NCBI RefSeq assembly: GCF_006345805.1
Contig: NC_043007.1
Span: 61,938,001-62,002,000, forward strand
Length of the DNA stretch: 64,000 bases
Reading direction: 5' to 3'
Source: Octopus sinensis
Taxonomy: Eukaryota
A program made the position numbers and the translations under genes. The notes beneath the pieces are model-generated. The model was not told the origin of the DNA. It was given only the letters and a program-made list of their open reading frames with translations, and searched no databases. Positions 13,632 through 28,191 of this stretch are shown here, in pieces; positions within the stretch are counted from its first letter, which is position 1; every line of letters begins with the position of its first letter.

Positions 13632-15298
13632 CAGGGGTCACCAAACTTTTTTGATAGTGAGCCAGATATAGCTAAAAGAATGCCAAGCGCGGGCCGAATA
13701 AATATTTTGTTCAATTCAGTACAATATAGAATACACTGAATGTACGCAAATAATAAAGACAGTCATCCTATTTATTTATCAATACATAAAATACACAAAA
13801 TAATAAAAATAATAAACATATTTTAATAATACCAAAATATTGCCAAGTTAGGATTTTTAGAATAAGTGCGCACATAGCTGAATTGCATAAAAAGTAAGCA
13901 GCACAAAAGTTAATGAGATTTGTGAAACTGGCGTTTTGCTTCCAAAATATCATCAACATTTGCTTTATGATAGCTGCAGCCAACTATAAGAATTACTTTC
14001 AAATCGTTCCTCAGTGAGCCTTGTTCGATGTATTGACTTCACACACTTCAGTTTTGAAAAAGTTTGCTCACAGACATAAGTTGTTCCAAACACTGATGCC
14101 ATATCTGAGGCAATTTTTTTTTCAATTTTGAAAACTCATCAGCAGGTAAGCAGCGATAAAATTCAATGAGTTTTCCTTCTCTGTGCTTCTCTATCAACAA
14201 GGTATTAGCTTGCATGTCAATAAGCTCCAGCTGTAGTTCAGTCGGCATGTTATCAGCATGTTATCAGCAAGATAACAGCCAAAGGGATTCTCAAACAAAA
14301 GAATTTCATTCTCAATTCTGTCAAGCTCTGAAAATCTTTGAGAAAAATGCTTATTTAAGACCCGAATAATTTTTTTCTAAAACTCGAGGTTAACATGTTC
14401 CAGATTTTCTGTGCAAAACCCTTGAAAACATTGAAAATAAAAGTAGTTTCCTCCTTCAAGTTGTGCTTCAAACAATGATAGCTTTCCCCGAAAAGCTGTA
14501 ATAAGTCTGTATTAGAGAGATCCATTGCAAGAGAATACCACAAAAATTTCTTAGCTTTCTCACGTACCTATAACGGTATATTCTCTCCAATTTCTTCTAT
14601 TGTCCGCACAAGTGAACTTGCTGAAAGGCTGATACAGCCAAACATGTTAGCTTTTTCACGGCACAAGTCATTTGCTGCTTCCATCATGCACTTTTTTATA
14701 AAGTTTACGTCAGTAAATGGTTTTCATCGCTCTGCCAACTTATTCACTACTTTGCAACTTACACGAGTGATAGATTCATTTTCAACAAACTTTTTTGTAA
14801 ATAAATTCCTTTGAGATTCCAAACTACGTTTCGTAGATTCAAATTTCTCGGACCGCAATTTTTCAGAATATTTAGAATGTGTTGAGATGATGTTTTGCTT
14901 CGTAGTGACGACGAATATTGTACTCTTTCATAACAACAACACTTTCGTTGCATATCAGGCAACTAGCTTTCTGGTCGTTTGTTTCCACAAAGAAGTACTT
15001 TTCTCCCCCATTCTTTATTGAAAATGCGATATTCATCATCAACCTTTCTCTTCTTTGTAGCCATAACGATAGTTGAAGAAAAAACAAAAACAGATATTCT
15101 CGTTTTAATTGTAATCACTAATAACTGACTAGCCCGAGACACACGTGATGTACTGTAGTAATTATCATGGCGCGTGAAATACATAGCGCGTGACGTGACT
15201 GACTCGGTATACATACGACATGCATAATCTAAGAAGTATAAGAAGCAGTATAAAAGCATGTTTATTTTTTCAGCATACGTCGGCGGGCCGGACAAATT
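13632..15298 (-). mobile_element. hAT DNA transposon remnant (SPIN/OC1/GTF2IRD2-like transposase)
   Basis: MATKKRKVDDEYRIFNKEW/EKYFFVETNDQKASCLICNESVVVMKEYNIRRHYEAKH (BED-type finger) and ...PTELQLELIDMQ... (dimerisation region). One terminus caggggtcaccaaactttt at 13632; the other end is lost next to a SINE fragment. Confidence 0.82.
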
Positions 15299-17331
15299 GT
15301 CTGTGTCTGTTTGTTCCCCATACCACTACTTAGCAACCGGGGTTGGTGTGTTTACGTTCCCATTATTTAGCGGTTTGGCAAAAGAGACCGATAGAATAAG
15401 TATCACGCTTTAAAAATGTAAGTACTGGGGTCAATCAACTAAAAATATAAGTAATGGCGGTCCCCTGCATAGCTGCAGTGTAATGACTGAAAAAAGTAAA
15501 AGATAAAAGATATATCTTCAGTGGACGTTTGTTTATTTTCCCTTTTTTCCCCTTTTACTGTTATGGAAACTGGCTTATTCCGAAGATTCTACTATTGCAA
15601 TTTGTTTCTTTACTCTACTGAATCTTAATTCCGAACTAATATTTCCGTCAGACCAATAATTTAACCCTCTAGAGCTGTTCCTATTATGTTTGCGTTCGAA
15701 GTCAAGATTTCAGAGAGTAATATTGCAAGCTGTGAAGCTCATGTCTACACCAAAGAGACATAAACATCCTCATGCAGAACGAAGTGATGGCTTCTTTTTT
15801 CCTCATACACCTCTTCCTCCTCTGTTTTCTTCCTCATCTTCGTCTTTCTTGAAGTCTTCCTTCTATTCTTCCTCTTCTTCTTGCACCCTCTCCTTTATAC
15901 CATCAATTTCCATCTCTTCTCCTGTTTTCCTATAACTTTACTTCCTTCATTTCTTTTTACTTCTACTTTTCTTTTTTTCCTATTTTCCTTTTCCCCTCAG
16001 TTACGTACCTTCACTTTCAATAATTTCTTTTCACTTTCCCTTGGTCTATAAAATAAAAACCACTAAAATAGAGAATGATATTTCTCAAAGATATGTAACC
16101 TACTACAAACGTTGGAAATCAATATTTAGATATATTTCAATATGAAAGAGGTAATTACTAATATGTATGATATATAATTGTTTATAATTGTATTTTATAT
16201 CTACTTTCTCCTTCCACGTTACGAGCTAACGGATAAAGCACTATAGAATCTCTAAAGATGCTAGAAATAATGATCAAATGTCCTCAAATCATGCACTCTC
16301 AGCAAATAAAAAAGAAGGATGCATTGGATACAGTTCTAGATAAATAAAAAGGGGATGATCAATGGTTGAACACTTTTCATCGTAGGCCTACTCCATCAGC
16401 GCTGACTTGGTTGTGAAGAGCAACATCAACGTTGAGATTCTTCTCATAAGTTCAGGTATGGTCGTATAATTAAGAAACACTCGATCAAGGTTGTAAAGAT
16501 ATGAAATGCGCTATATTTCACCTTCTACTCCACTGTACAGCACCTTGAGAAAGTGTCTTCTTCCGTGGTCGTGGATCGTCAAAAGCATTGTGAGTGGATT
16601 TCGGTAGACGGAAACTGCGTAGAAATCCGTCCAAGAGACTGCATTCTTGTTCGGTTTAACCTCTCCATATGGGCCATAGATGCTATTAGAGGAGTTCGTT
16701 CTTTTGCAAGCATTTTAACCAAGTCTCTGATTTGGCTCTAGCTCACTTCTTTCTTTTTACCAATGACGGAGGCCCTGAAAATTATCAAAGTTCTCTAAAT
16801 CATTAAAACTAACTTCTGACTGTTAGTAACTAAAAAGCCGTAATGTACTTGATTGGCTAATTAATCGGGTTATTGCAGTCTTTCTTGAAAGAGGTAGCTT
16901 TGCGTGAAATAGTTTCGCTCACAGTCGTTTTGATGTAGTTTTACTGTCCCTAAATATCCGTAATGTACGAATATACAGTCTGAACTTTAAAAGTACTAAG
17001 TCAAAGATGAAAATGTTTTGTCTTCTCTTTACTCGTTATCTCCTACTTCTGGGTGTAGCGTTCAGATGAGTGGGTGGAAAGGGTGGATGGATAAGTGGTT
17101 ATTAGCTTATGGATGAATGAAAATACATTTTCGTTTCAGCAGTCAGTACGAAGCCCAATTAACACGAATTAGACACAACATGCTTTTCCAGAAAAAAAAG
17201 TAAATCTAAATATATACAGGCTTAATAACTTGCTAGCATAATCAGTAGTCTACATGGTTTCTCAGAGAAGCGTGACGCCTCAGATTTTCAGAAAAGACAT
17301 GCATTTATATGTTCTTCTCCAACCCCAAAAG

Positions 17332-17374
<43 letters not shown>

Positions 17375-17484
17375 ATTGGGGGACGGTCATGTTGCCAGTT
17401 TGGCCAATGAACTCCCCAAATACAACTATATATGTTTCAACACACGAATTCACACCAAGAATCTTGCAAAATGAAAGTGTGTGT

Positions 17485-17544
<60 letters not shown>

Positions 17545-17649
17545 ATATGTATGTATGGATGGATGCGCCGCGTTGTTTATGTATTTCATGTTATTTGCAC
17601 CGTTGGTGACGTCCTATACCCGTATATGCATAATTATATATATTTGTGC

Positions 17650-17705
<56 letters not shown>

Positions 17706-18116
17706 TATGTGTGTGTGTTACGTGTGTGCGTGAATGTGTGTGTATATGTGTGAGTGCATGCATGTGTGAGTATGTGTGTGTGTGTGAAATTGTTGTAAAT
17801 ATTATTTACGATAAAAATGTGTACAGCGATTTTAGAGTAAAACTTCTCACAACAGTTCACCCACATTTAGTGTCTCTGACTGTCACTCACTCTCACTCTG
17901 TTTGTTTTACTTTTCCTCCAACAGCAGAACCGACAGGTCACATCTTGCGTTTAATTATATAAGAGTATACTCTTTACTTTTCCAATCACACTACTTTTCA
18001 CCTCGATGTTCTATACAGTATTAAGCTTCTCGTATTATACACGAGCAAGTAAGCTACATACACACATAAATACAATCATATCTAGGAATAAATACACACA
18101 CCACACACACACAACA

Positions 18117-18161
<45 letters not shown>

Positions 18162-18166
18162 ATATA

Positions 18167-18195
<29 letters not shown>

Positions 18196-18199
<4 letters not shown>

Positions 18200-18456
18200 A
18201 CTAAGAGGGATCAGCCATCTGAATGTGGCTAGGGTCAGGGCGGGGTGGTGGGGGTGTTACTGATGCATTTAGCCCCAGGCGAACATCGACGTCACCAGAA
18301 GAGCTGACACCATCTCGGTGTCCTTGCCAGCCAACCGAGATGGTCAGCTCTTCTGGTGACGTCGATGTTCGCCTGGGGCTAAATGCATCAGTAACACCCC
18401 CACCACTCCGCCCTGACCCTAGCCACATTCAGATGGCTGCTTCCTCTTATGTTATA
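18196..18456. repeat. GC-rich near-perfect ~260-bp palindrome (fold-back/MITE-like)
   Basis: Arms of ~120 bp around the loop tccttgccagcca. ORFs 18201-18428(-) and 18223(+) translate almost identically, which confirms the palindrome. Confidence 0.92.
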
Positions 18457-18497
18457 GAGCAGTTACTGTTTATATCTCGCCCAGAGATTTATTATTG

Positions 18498-18593
<96 letters not shown>

Positions 18594-19641
18594 GTACATA
18601 TACATATTACACTGTTGACGTTATGAGAAGTCTATACACGAGAGAACGTGAAATAATTCATTTTTGGAATAACATACCTTGAAGCAAACATATATGCGTG
18701 CAAACATACTTGCATATAGATACATATACATATACGCGCGCATACACACATTTAGATATATATCTACATTCATAAATATCTATAGACACGGGCACACACA
18801 CACACACACACACGTATATTTACATATATTTATATACATATATGAAAACAAGAGCCAGATCCATTCTTCTTTTATATTTCGTTATCTTTTCTAGCTGACC
18901 CATCGAAAACTTTGAGAGAGTGGTGCTTTCCTCCTACTCTACTTCCTCTTCTTCTACTTGTCTTTTCTACAACTAAACGGCAATTATATTTAGCCACAGC
19001 AATGTCCGGTCCGACGTACAAGCATATTACGGTAAAGCGCCATTTCTTACGTGTGCCGTGTTATGCCACTGTTTTCCACCCACACGACCTAATACTTGTT
19101 TATAATTAATATTAAATAGCACAGTTTCTTTCGCTGTTCGTTGTTATTGTTGTTGCTCAGTTGTATTCGTTAACTTATGAACTAAACGAGCCAGTCTTCT
19201 TTTTTTCTTTATTTGCTCTTGCCTTGCTAGGCAAACACAAAGCTATGCCTTAAAGTTACTTGCTCTGAGTATCTACTTCGAAGCATGCGCTATTCTTTTT
19301 TTTTCAATCACTGTAACTCTTTTCATTGTGTATATATGTATGTGCGCGTGTGTGTGTGTGTGTGTGTATACATACATATATACACATATATATATTCACA
19401 CATATATATATACATACATATATACACATATATATATGCATATGTATATTTATATATCTATATATATTTATATATATACATATATATATATGTATATATA
19501 CATATGTATATACACATATATGTATATATATATAGATATATATATGCATATATATGCATATATATATATATATATGTCCACACTCATACATATGTGCGGC
19601 GTTTATATACATACATATATATAATATATGTGTGTGTGTGC

Positions 19642-19676
<35 letters not shown>

Positions 19677-20313
19677 CATACATACATACATATATATATA
19701 TATACAACATATATATTATATATGTATATATATGTATGTACATATATATATAAATATATATATACACATATATATAAATATATGTATATGCATAAATATA
19801 GATAGATAGACATATCTATATGAATATACATATGTATGTATATATGTGTATATATATGCATATGTATATACATATATACATATATAATAAGAAGTAAAAC
19901 GGATTAAAAATCCATGCAAATATCTATAAAGCCCTCAGTGATAAACGAATTTGGTTATCTATATGGATCAATCAGACACCAATAAATGCAAGTAGAATAA
20001 ACATCCAAGGTAATTCCTCATGTAAATCCAAATATCGTTTAGAAGAATTTTAAGAAATTCGGAGTGTATGACAAGAATAAGAATGGAGAAAATCCCATCT
20101 CTAATTAGTGATTAAACCATACAATACCGACGGTCGTTTCTGTTGTATCAACACTTTTAGATACCGAAAATATCAGTCAAATTAATGGGACTGAAAATAT
20201 ATGTTAACACACGTTATCAAAGCAATGCGAAATTGGTTCAATTCAAAGTGGACTAAGAAAACATCTTCAGTACACAAAGGCATGAAGAAAGAACGTTAAG
20301 AAGAACTATAATA

Positions 20314-20699
20314 TCTCTATATATATAACGCTGAAGTTGTCTGTGTATGGTAGGTTTGATAGCCTTCAACTAACACTATCTCCTCCGAGACCCTGCGGCG
20401 CAAGTTGACCAAAATTGAGAGTATGATAGAAGGCTTTCTCTTCTTTCCGTAGAAGAAAAAAATTCAAATCGAACCATGTTAACACCAAAAAGTATTTACA
20501 TCAAAAAGATGCTTCTTTTCTATGAAAATCCCTATTTTTTACAATTTTTTGACTGCGTCGCCATTTTTCGGTGTATTTCAACCAGAAAAATGTTCACTTA
20601 AAGAGAATAACAAGCTACATAATGCAAAATTTTTACTTTTCAAAAATTCCAATTCTAAAGGGTCAAACAAACCCGAGCAACGCCGGGCGATACTGCTAG
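20314..20699 (+). mobile_element. Non-autonomous Helitron
   Basis: 5' A|TCTCTATATATATAA; acaaacccgagcaacgccgggcgatactgCTAG|T at the 3' end. Confidence 0.8.
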
Positions 20700-21009
20700 T
20701 TCTAAGATAAGCTAGTTTAGTATTTAACATTCGATGACGTCAGTGGATAACAAAAGAATAAGAAATAAACATGAATTTTATGTTACGACAATGAGACACA
20801 GATGTTTTACGTCACGACAATGAGTTATCTACCAATTAAATATGCTAAACATTTCTAGAAAAATTATGCATATTATATCATATAAAAAGCAATTATAATT
20901 AATGAGTTATTTAGAATTGGAATATCTAAATACTATTCTATATTTGTGAGAATATTTCAATGTAAAATTACCTTTATGATTTAATAATATTAATTTAGAA
21001 GTAATTATA

Positions 21010-21811
21010 TAATACATTTCCTTAAGGTAGAATTACCAGAATTGTACTATAGTGTGTAACCAATAATGGACCAATTTAAATCATACTAAATTTCTTATCT
21101 TTTTACTCCCAAACGCATTTACTGAGAATTACCTTTACTTCTCTATTTAAATGAATGAAAATGATTGTGACATCTAGATTTCCAAATTGTAGCAGACGAA
21201 TCTACGTAATAATACTTACCTGTTATTACCTTACAACTGATACACTATAATCTTCCGTAAACACTGATTTTCTAAAAAACAGATAAATTCATTTTTACAA
21301 TTACACAGGCATTTATTCACTTGTATGTGATACTCATGGTTAAAAGAATTAGTACTCATATATAAAATGAGACAACAAAGCCAAGGGTGTGTGGAATCTT
21401 CAGGACATTTATAAGGAGAAAGTTAGTCTTACAGCTGTTTCTAGGACATTAGGGATATCCCTTCATCAAAGATGATGTAAGATGGTTAAATAGAAGGAAA
21501 TAGTATAGTTCAATATAAGGAGTTATTTTGGAAAAGGATGGAAATAAGAAGTATAAAGGGAAATAAGAGAATAAAAGTAAAAATAAAAATATATGTAGAA
21601 TGTTATAGTTGCAGTTCCATTATCCAAGGGAAGTGGTGTGTAGAAGTGGTAGAAATGCTTCTTGTCTATGGTATGTAAATTCCGATAGGAGTTCGCATTT
21701 TGTCATTACAAATGGAAAGTGTGGAGACGTGGAGACAGCTGTAAGACTAACTTTCTCCTTATAGATGTCCTGAAAATTCCATACAATTTTGGCTTTGTTG
21801 TCACATTTTAT
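21010..21811 (-). mobile_element. Degenerate PLE derivative: HHR, then GIY-YIG remnant, with ~80-bp inverted arms (21362-21441 / 21733-21811)
   Basis: Minus strand IVYQ/CKVITGKYYYVDSSATIWKSRCHNHFHSFK...LNWSIIGY with stops and frameshifts. Mutated HHR tct-TTGATGA-agggatat...atgtccta-GAAA-cagctg-TA-aga at 21427-21473. Confidence 0.7.
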
Positions 21812-22444
21812 TTAACATATACATGCTCTTACAAGATTTGCATTACAATCCTCACTCGCATTATTATCAAACTGAGAGTTTAACTACGGTCCTTCCATAG
21901 CACTTACATAGCTTTACCTGCCTCCTTGGGTCTTCTGGATACCAGCACCTCTCATGTATGTATATATATATTTACGACTGGCTTCTTTCAGTTTACGTCT
22001 ATCAAATTCATTCACAGGGCTTTGGTCGGCCCGAGGCTATAGTAGAAGACACTTTCCCTAAGTGTCTTCTACTATAGCCTCTGTGAGAATGAACCTGGCA
22101 CCATGTGGTTGGGAAGTAAGCTTCTTACCACACAGCCACGCCTGCGCAAAAATTGTTTAAGTGTTATACCTTCCTTATTTCCAACCTTCTACACTTAATA
22201 GCCTCACCCTCCCACCCACAATGATTTTATACTTCTTACCACACCTTTTTATCCGGCACGCGATACGGGAAACTTCACATACTCATATGTGATGGTTATT
22301 TTAGTAGTAGTTAGAAATTTGTCCTTTGATGATTGTTTAGTATTAATATACACGAAACATGTGGTTACTGTGAACTATCGATAACAGGTTATATCATATA
22401 ATACACACATATGTGTGCGTGTCTGCATATATATATATATATAT

Positions 22445-22514
<70 letters not shown>

Positions 22515-22819
22515 GTGTGCGTGTGTGTATGTATGTATGTATGTATATATAAGAAAAATAAGACAAGGTAGAAAATGCTAAAATAACTTTACCATGGAGA
22601 ACATTTTAGTACCGGTTTCAGTTTTTGCGACTTTTTCAACTTAGAGTAAAGTAAGAAAAACAATTAAATTGTAGAAAAATTAAATGAAATGTAGTTTCAA
22701 AATATTTCCATAGTCTTCAAATACAAGGGACATTTGCTTTTTTCTGCTCTGTCTCTCTCTTTTACCTACTCTTGTACTTACATACTCTTGTAGATATATA
22801 TAGTGTGTGTGTGTGGTGT

Positions 22820-22864
<45 letters not shown>

Positions 22865-22921
22865 CATATGTATAATATATATAATGTAGATATAGATATA
22901 TACATATGTATATATATAATA

Positions 22922-22991
<70 letters not shown>

Positions 22992-23135
22992 AGCTATGTG
23001 GTTAAGAAGCCCGCTTCATGTGTTTCCAGGTTCAATTCCACTGCATAGCATCTGGTATATATGTATACATACGTATACATATGTATGCACACATTCATAA
23101 ATACATGTATGTGTGTGTGTGTGTGCGTGTGTGTG

Positions 23136-23190
<55 letters not shown>

Positions 23191-24343
23191 CGTGTGTGTA
23201 TGCGTGTACGTTTACATGTATTTATAACTTGTGTGCCAGCAGCTTTTTGTTCCAAAGCTACACTGTCCTACTCTAATCTTTCATGTTTTTACTTATTTCA
23301 GTCATTGAACTGTGGCCATGCTTTGGCGTCACCTTAAAGGATTTTAGCCAAAGAAATCCACCCCAGTTGTTATTTTTAAACTCTGGCTGTTATTCAGTCG
23401 TTGTCATTGGCCGAACCGCTAAGTTAAGAGGTATAAAGAAACCAACTCCAATTGCCAACCAACACTGGTTGTCTGGTGGAAGACAGACGCTAACTCAGAC
23501 ACCTACATACCTACCTACCTACATACATACATACATACATACATACATACATACATACATACATACATACATTCACATGCAATAAACTTCTTTCGGTTTC
23601 TGTCTACCAAATCCACTTACAAAACTTTGATCAGTTCGGGACCTTAGTAGAAGGTACTTATCAAAGGAGCCGAACTCGAAACCATGTTGTTGTGAATCAA
23701 TCCTCCTGCTACACAGCCATACATACATTTTCAACCCAACACTGTATGTATAGACAGCTATAAATACCCTGCGTTTATATACCACAAATTCGTGGGGAAA
23801 GAAAGAGGAAGAAGCCGGATTCTCCTTCCTGTCATTTTCTAAATGGCCATTTCTGGAAGACAGAATGGCAGGGTATGACAAAGCTAAAATTTCATTTTAA
23901 ATAGTTATTTATATCAAGGGAACTAGTTACTAGGATTCGGTTCGTAAATTAACAGAATTTGCTGGATATGTGTGACAGTCGTAAACGCCTCTCAAGTTTG
24001 TTATACAACGACATATTGAAGAGGAAATGAGGAACCGACTGGACGCCGTTGATTATAGATTATACATATATTTTCATCATCAATCAGATATACATTTTAA
24101 AACAACTGTAAAAAATTATCTTTATAGCTACCTCTGTTACGCTTATAACTAAATCAAGCAGACTGTTTGGAATATTGGACACTGTAGTTTTATCAATATG
24201 TCTACCTATCAGTAAGCATGTACAATTTGTATGTATGTATGTGTGTATGTATGTATGGTATATATGTATATATGTATATGTGTATGTGTGTGTGTGTGCG
24301 TGTAAGTGCGCGTGTGTAACCATATGTATCTATGTATATATAG

Positions 24344-24378
<35 letters not shown>

Positions 24379-25232
24379 AGTCCAAGAATGAAAGTGGTGA
24401 TATTCAATTTATTCTTTCGATAGGACCCTCTCGGCCATACACGGTTCAAGCAAATCATGAATATAATTGACTTTATATTACAACATATTACATGTGACCG
24501 AAGTATTACTTCTTTTACCTTCGTCTGACGGGATGAACATGGATCACATATATGTTGTAATATTACACAATCATTTAAATTCCTGATGTATCTGAACCCG
24601 TGTTGAAACTATTGTAATGAAAGAATAACATTAATACCGTTACCTCTATTCTTCGACTTGTGGTATTATACTTCATAAATAATCAACTACCTGTGGGATT
24701 TCAGTTTGTGTGGAACAGTTCTCTATAAGGGGAACTGTTCTATGCATTCTATTAGATGGCATTCGCGAGGATGCTGACTGAGAAAATCGCCCGCAGTTAA
24801 TCTGGCTTCCCATGATGTGCCTACATTACACGTGTTACACAGATAGTTATTTTATGAGAGTAGACATACGCATATATACACACGTTTTTTTTTTGTGTCT
24901 ATACGTGTGTGTTGTGTATGTGTGTATGTATGTATATGTGTATGACCATATCCTTATGTGTTAAGTGTATACGTTTTTTTATCACTTGTAAATTTATAAT
25001 AATTTTATCCTTCATATAATCGTTATTGTTCCTATTTTTTCTGATTGTCTCTCCTACCCCGGGCTATTTTTTGAGTAAGGTAGCTCTCTTGACACACCGG
25101 CCGGTCTTGTCAGTGATCGAAGTTTTTTCCTTGTTAAATTCTTTCTCGTTTTTCTCTGCTTGTATGTACATTTTTACTTAAATATTGTAATTCTTTTCAA
25201 ACATAACCTTGCCTATCACTTTTAGCCTCGTG

Positions 25233-25294
<62 letters not shown>

Positions 25295-25678
25295 TTTTTC
25301 AATATTAATAAGCATATGTATAACTCTCTATGCTTTTTTCTGATATTACACTTGTTACGTTATATTCTATTATGCACATGTTGCCCTGTTTACATTATAC
25401 TTCGTCTCGACTTGTTATAACTTTTTAAACATGTCCGTTAAATTTTTATTCTTATTTTTATGTTACAGTTTACTGCACATATAGACGTGCATACACATTG
25501 ATATGTCTGTCTTTTTTCCCTTTCGTCTCTCTCACTATTATTATTACTGTTATTTTTCCCTTTTACAACTTGCTTGTAAATACCCGATTTTTCCTATTAT
25601 CTCTTTTGTATTCTCCCTTATTGTATCTTATTTTAATTTACCTTATTTTATTAAACCTTTTTTGATGTCCTTCCAAAA

Positions 25679-25783
25679 ATTCTTCACACTGATGAGAATG
25701 ACAATGCATAAATTTAATTATAATTCCTAATTTCTTTTCTTACATATTTGTATTGTCCTTTGAAACGCGCGTATGTAATGAAT
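25679..25783 (+). ncRNA. Type I hammerhead ribozyme with long stem II
   Basis: attc-ttc-aca-CTGATGA(25689-25695)-gaat-gacaatgca...tgtattgtc-cttt-GAAA(25762-25765)-cgcgcg-TA-tgt-aat-gaat; palindromic stem III. Confidence 0.65.
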
Positions 25784-26035
25784 CTAAATTTGTATTAAAT
25801 TTAATTTTGATACAACATCTTTTTCTCCATTTTTATATAATTGTTTATGGTATATTTATACCTATAACAGTATTTTTCAACTACTATTTTCTCTTTCTTA
25901 TTACTTGCGCTGAATGTTTTTATGAATATGATGAATTTTAATTTGAAATCATATTTTCTCTTCTCTTTTTGGACCTCTCAAAAAGTTAGAATTGTTCTTT
26001 TTTAACTTATTTCTTCCTATATATATATGTGTGTA

Positions 26036-26070
<35 letters not shown>

Positions 26071-26080
26071 GGGTTGGTGT

Positions 26081-26133
<53 letters not shown>

Positions 26134-26805
26134 GAAAATTTGTAGTTGAAAATGCGTTTTTTGGAATCCGGTGTATTTATAAATTTTTCTGCGAACGAAT
26201 CTGATTTTTAATTCGTTAAAGTACTGGTGACGTCTTATTTTTCTGGTGGTCATGTTTGTCGTTCTGCCTGGTTGACTTCCCTATGGGGAACGGTCATCAG
26301 CTGTTCCAGTTGCCTGATTCTCTTAAAGGGTCATTTTGTTGTATTTGCTGCAGTTCGATTTTGATCGGAGGTAAAGAGCTTCATTGGTCTAGAGTTAGGT
26401 GACGTCAGCAACTGGTGTTTGTATGGTGTTATCGTATGGTGATTTGGAGCTACGGTTTCAAAACCCGCATGGAAGATTGTTACTACAGTTTTTTTAATTA
26501 TGTGTGTTGCATTGGTGTAGGTGTTTGCTTACGGAAATTTTCGGTGAAAAGGTCACAGGTGTGTGACGAAAAATTTCAGAATAGTTGACATGAGATAAAA
26601 TAAGAACAATAATAAGCGAATGAGGAACAAATAAATAGTGAGTGTGCTTATTTGGCAAGAAAAAAAATTGACCATCCCGAAATATAACAAAATCTATTTC
26701 AACACACGATTTCACATCAGGAATCTTGCAAAACAAATGCATAAACTTATATATGTGTCCGTGCGTGTGTGTGTGTGTGTATGTGTGGTGTGTGTGTGTA
26801 TGTAC

Positions 26806-26906
<101 letters not shown>

Positions 26907-26988
26907 TATATGTATATATATGTAGGTCCCGGGTTGATTCGGGGTTAACCACAGTAAATAAGGTACTCAATACATAGCAGAGTAAAAT

Positions 26989-27375
26989 TAATTTATTATA
27001 TAGAAGGAGCTTCTACAGGACTAGAACTGTTTCATTCAAGAGAAATCTTCAGGAAGCTAGTTAACAAGAATTGTATTGGCATTTATACATTTAGGCAGAT
27101 TTATAGGGGTGGTGGTGGGGGACTTTTTGGGGGTAGGCATAGCGCAAAAAAATCATACTTGGGGGAGTGGTCAAGGAGTCAGTGGTAAATTAGATAGAAG
27201 AATAAATAAAAGAATAAAAAAAGAATAAAAACAAAAATATATAGAAGAATAGAGTTTTAGTAAATAAGGAAATTCAACACACACCACATATACATACACA
27301 CATACATACACACACACCCCTATATATATATATATATATATACACCACACACACATACATACATATATCTACATA

Positions 27376-27421
<46 letters not shown>

Positions 27422-28157
27422 GATACACATACATACACATACACACAATACAGGAATATACATATACACACACACATACACATACATACATCACACACAT
27501 ATCCACATACACCACATGCACACACAACACACAAGTCCCTATATACTCATATATACATATACACATATATGTATGTACACACACACGCACATATATATAT
27601 ATATATATATATATATAGATATACATACATATGTGTACCTATTCATACACATATATGTACGTATACACACACATATACACATACATACACACACATACAT
27701 ACATATGTGTACCTATTCACATACCTACACTACACACATATATACATACAATTACAAACCCATTCCCTAATTTTAATTTTATTATCTTCATTTATTACTT
27801 TTGTTATCTTTGACCGCTGGTCACAAACATTGGCTAGTCCCTTTTATCTTTCTACTTGAGCACAAGCACATCACTCACGCACACTCATTAGCACGCACAC
27901 ACACTCTCATTCGTACACTCATACACATACACGCACGCACGCGTTATATTCATACATACATACATCTACATACATACACGTATATACACATACGTACGCG
28001 TACCTACAGATTCATGTCTACAATCTAGAAGACTAGTCTATACACTACACCAAATATATATACCAACATACATATACACCTACATACAAATACATACATA
28101 CATATATTACACACATATATATATACATACACACATACACTACACATATATATATAT

Positions 28158-28191
<34 letters not shown>

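Noticed and set aside
26270-26305. CTGATGA on the minus strand with a short hairpin
   Set aside because: No GAAA or stem III/UH in register.
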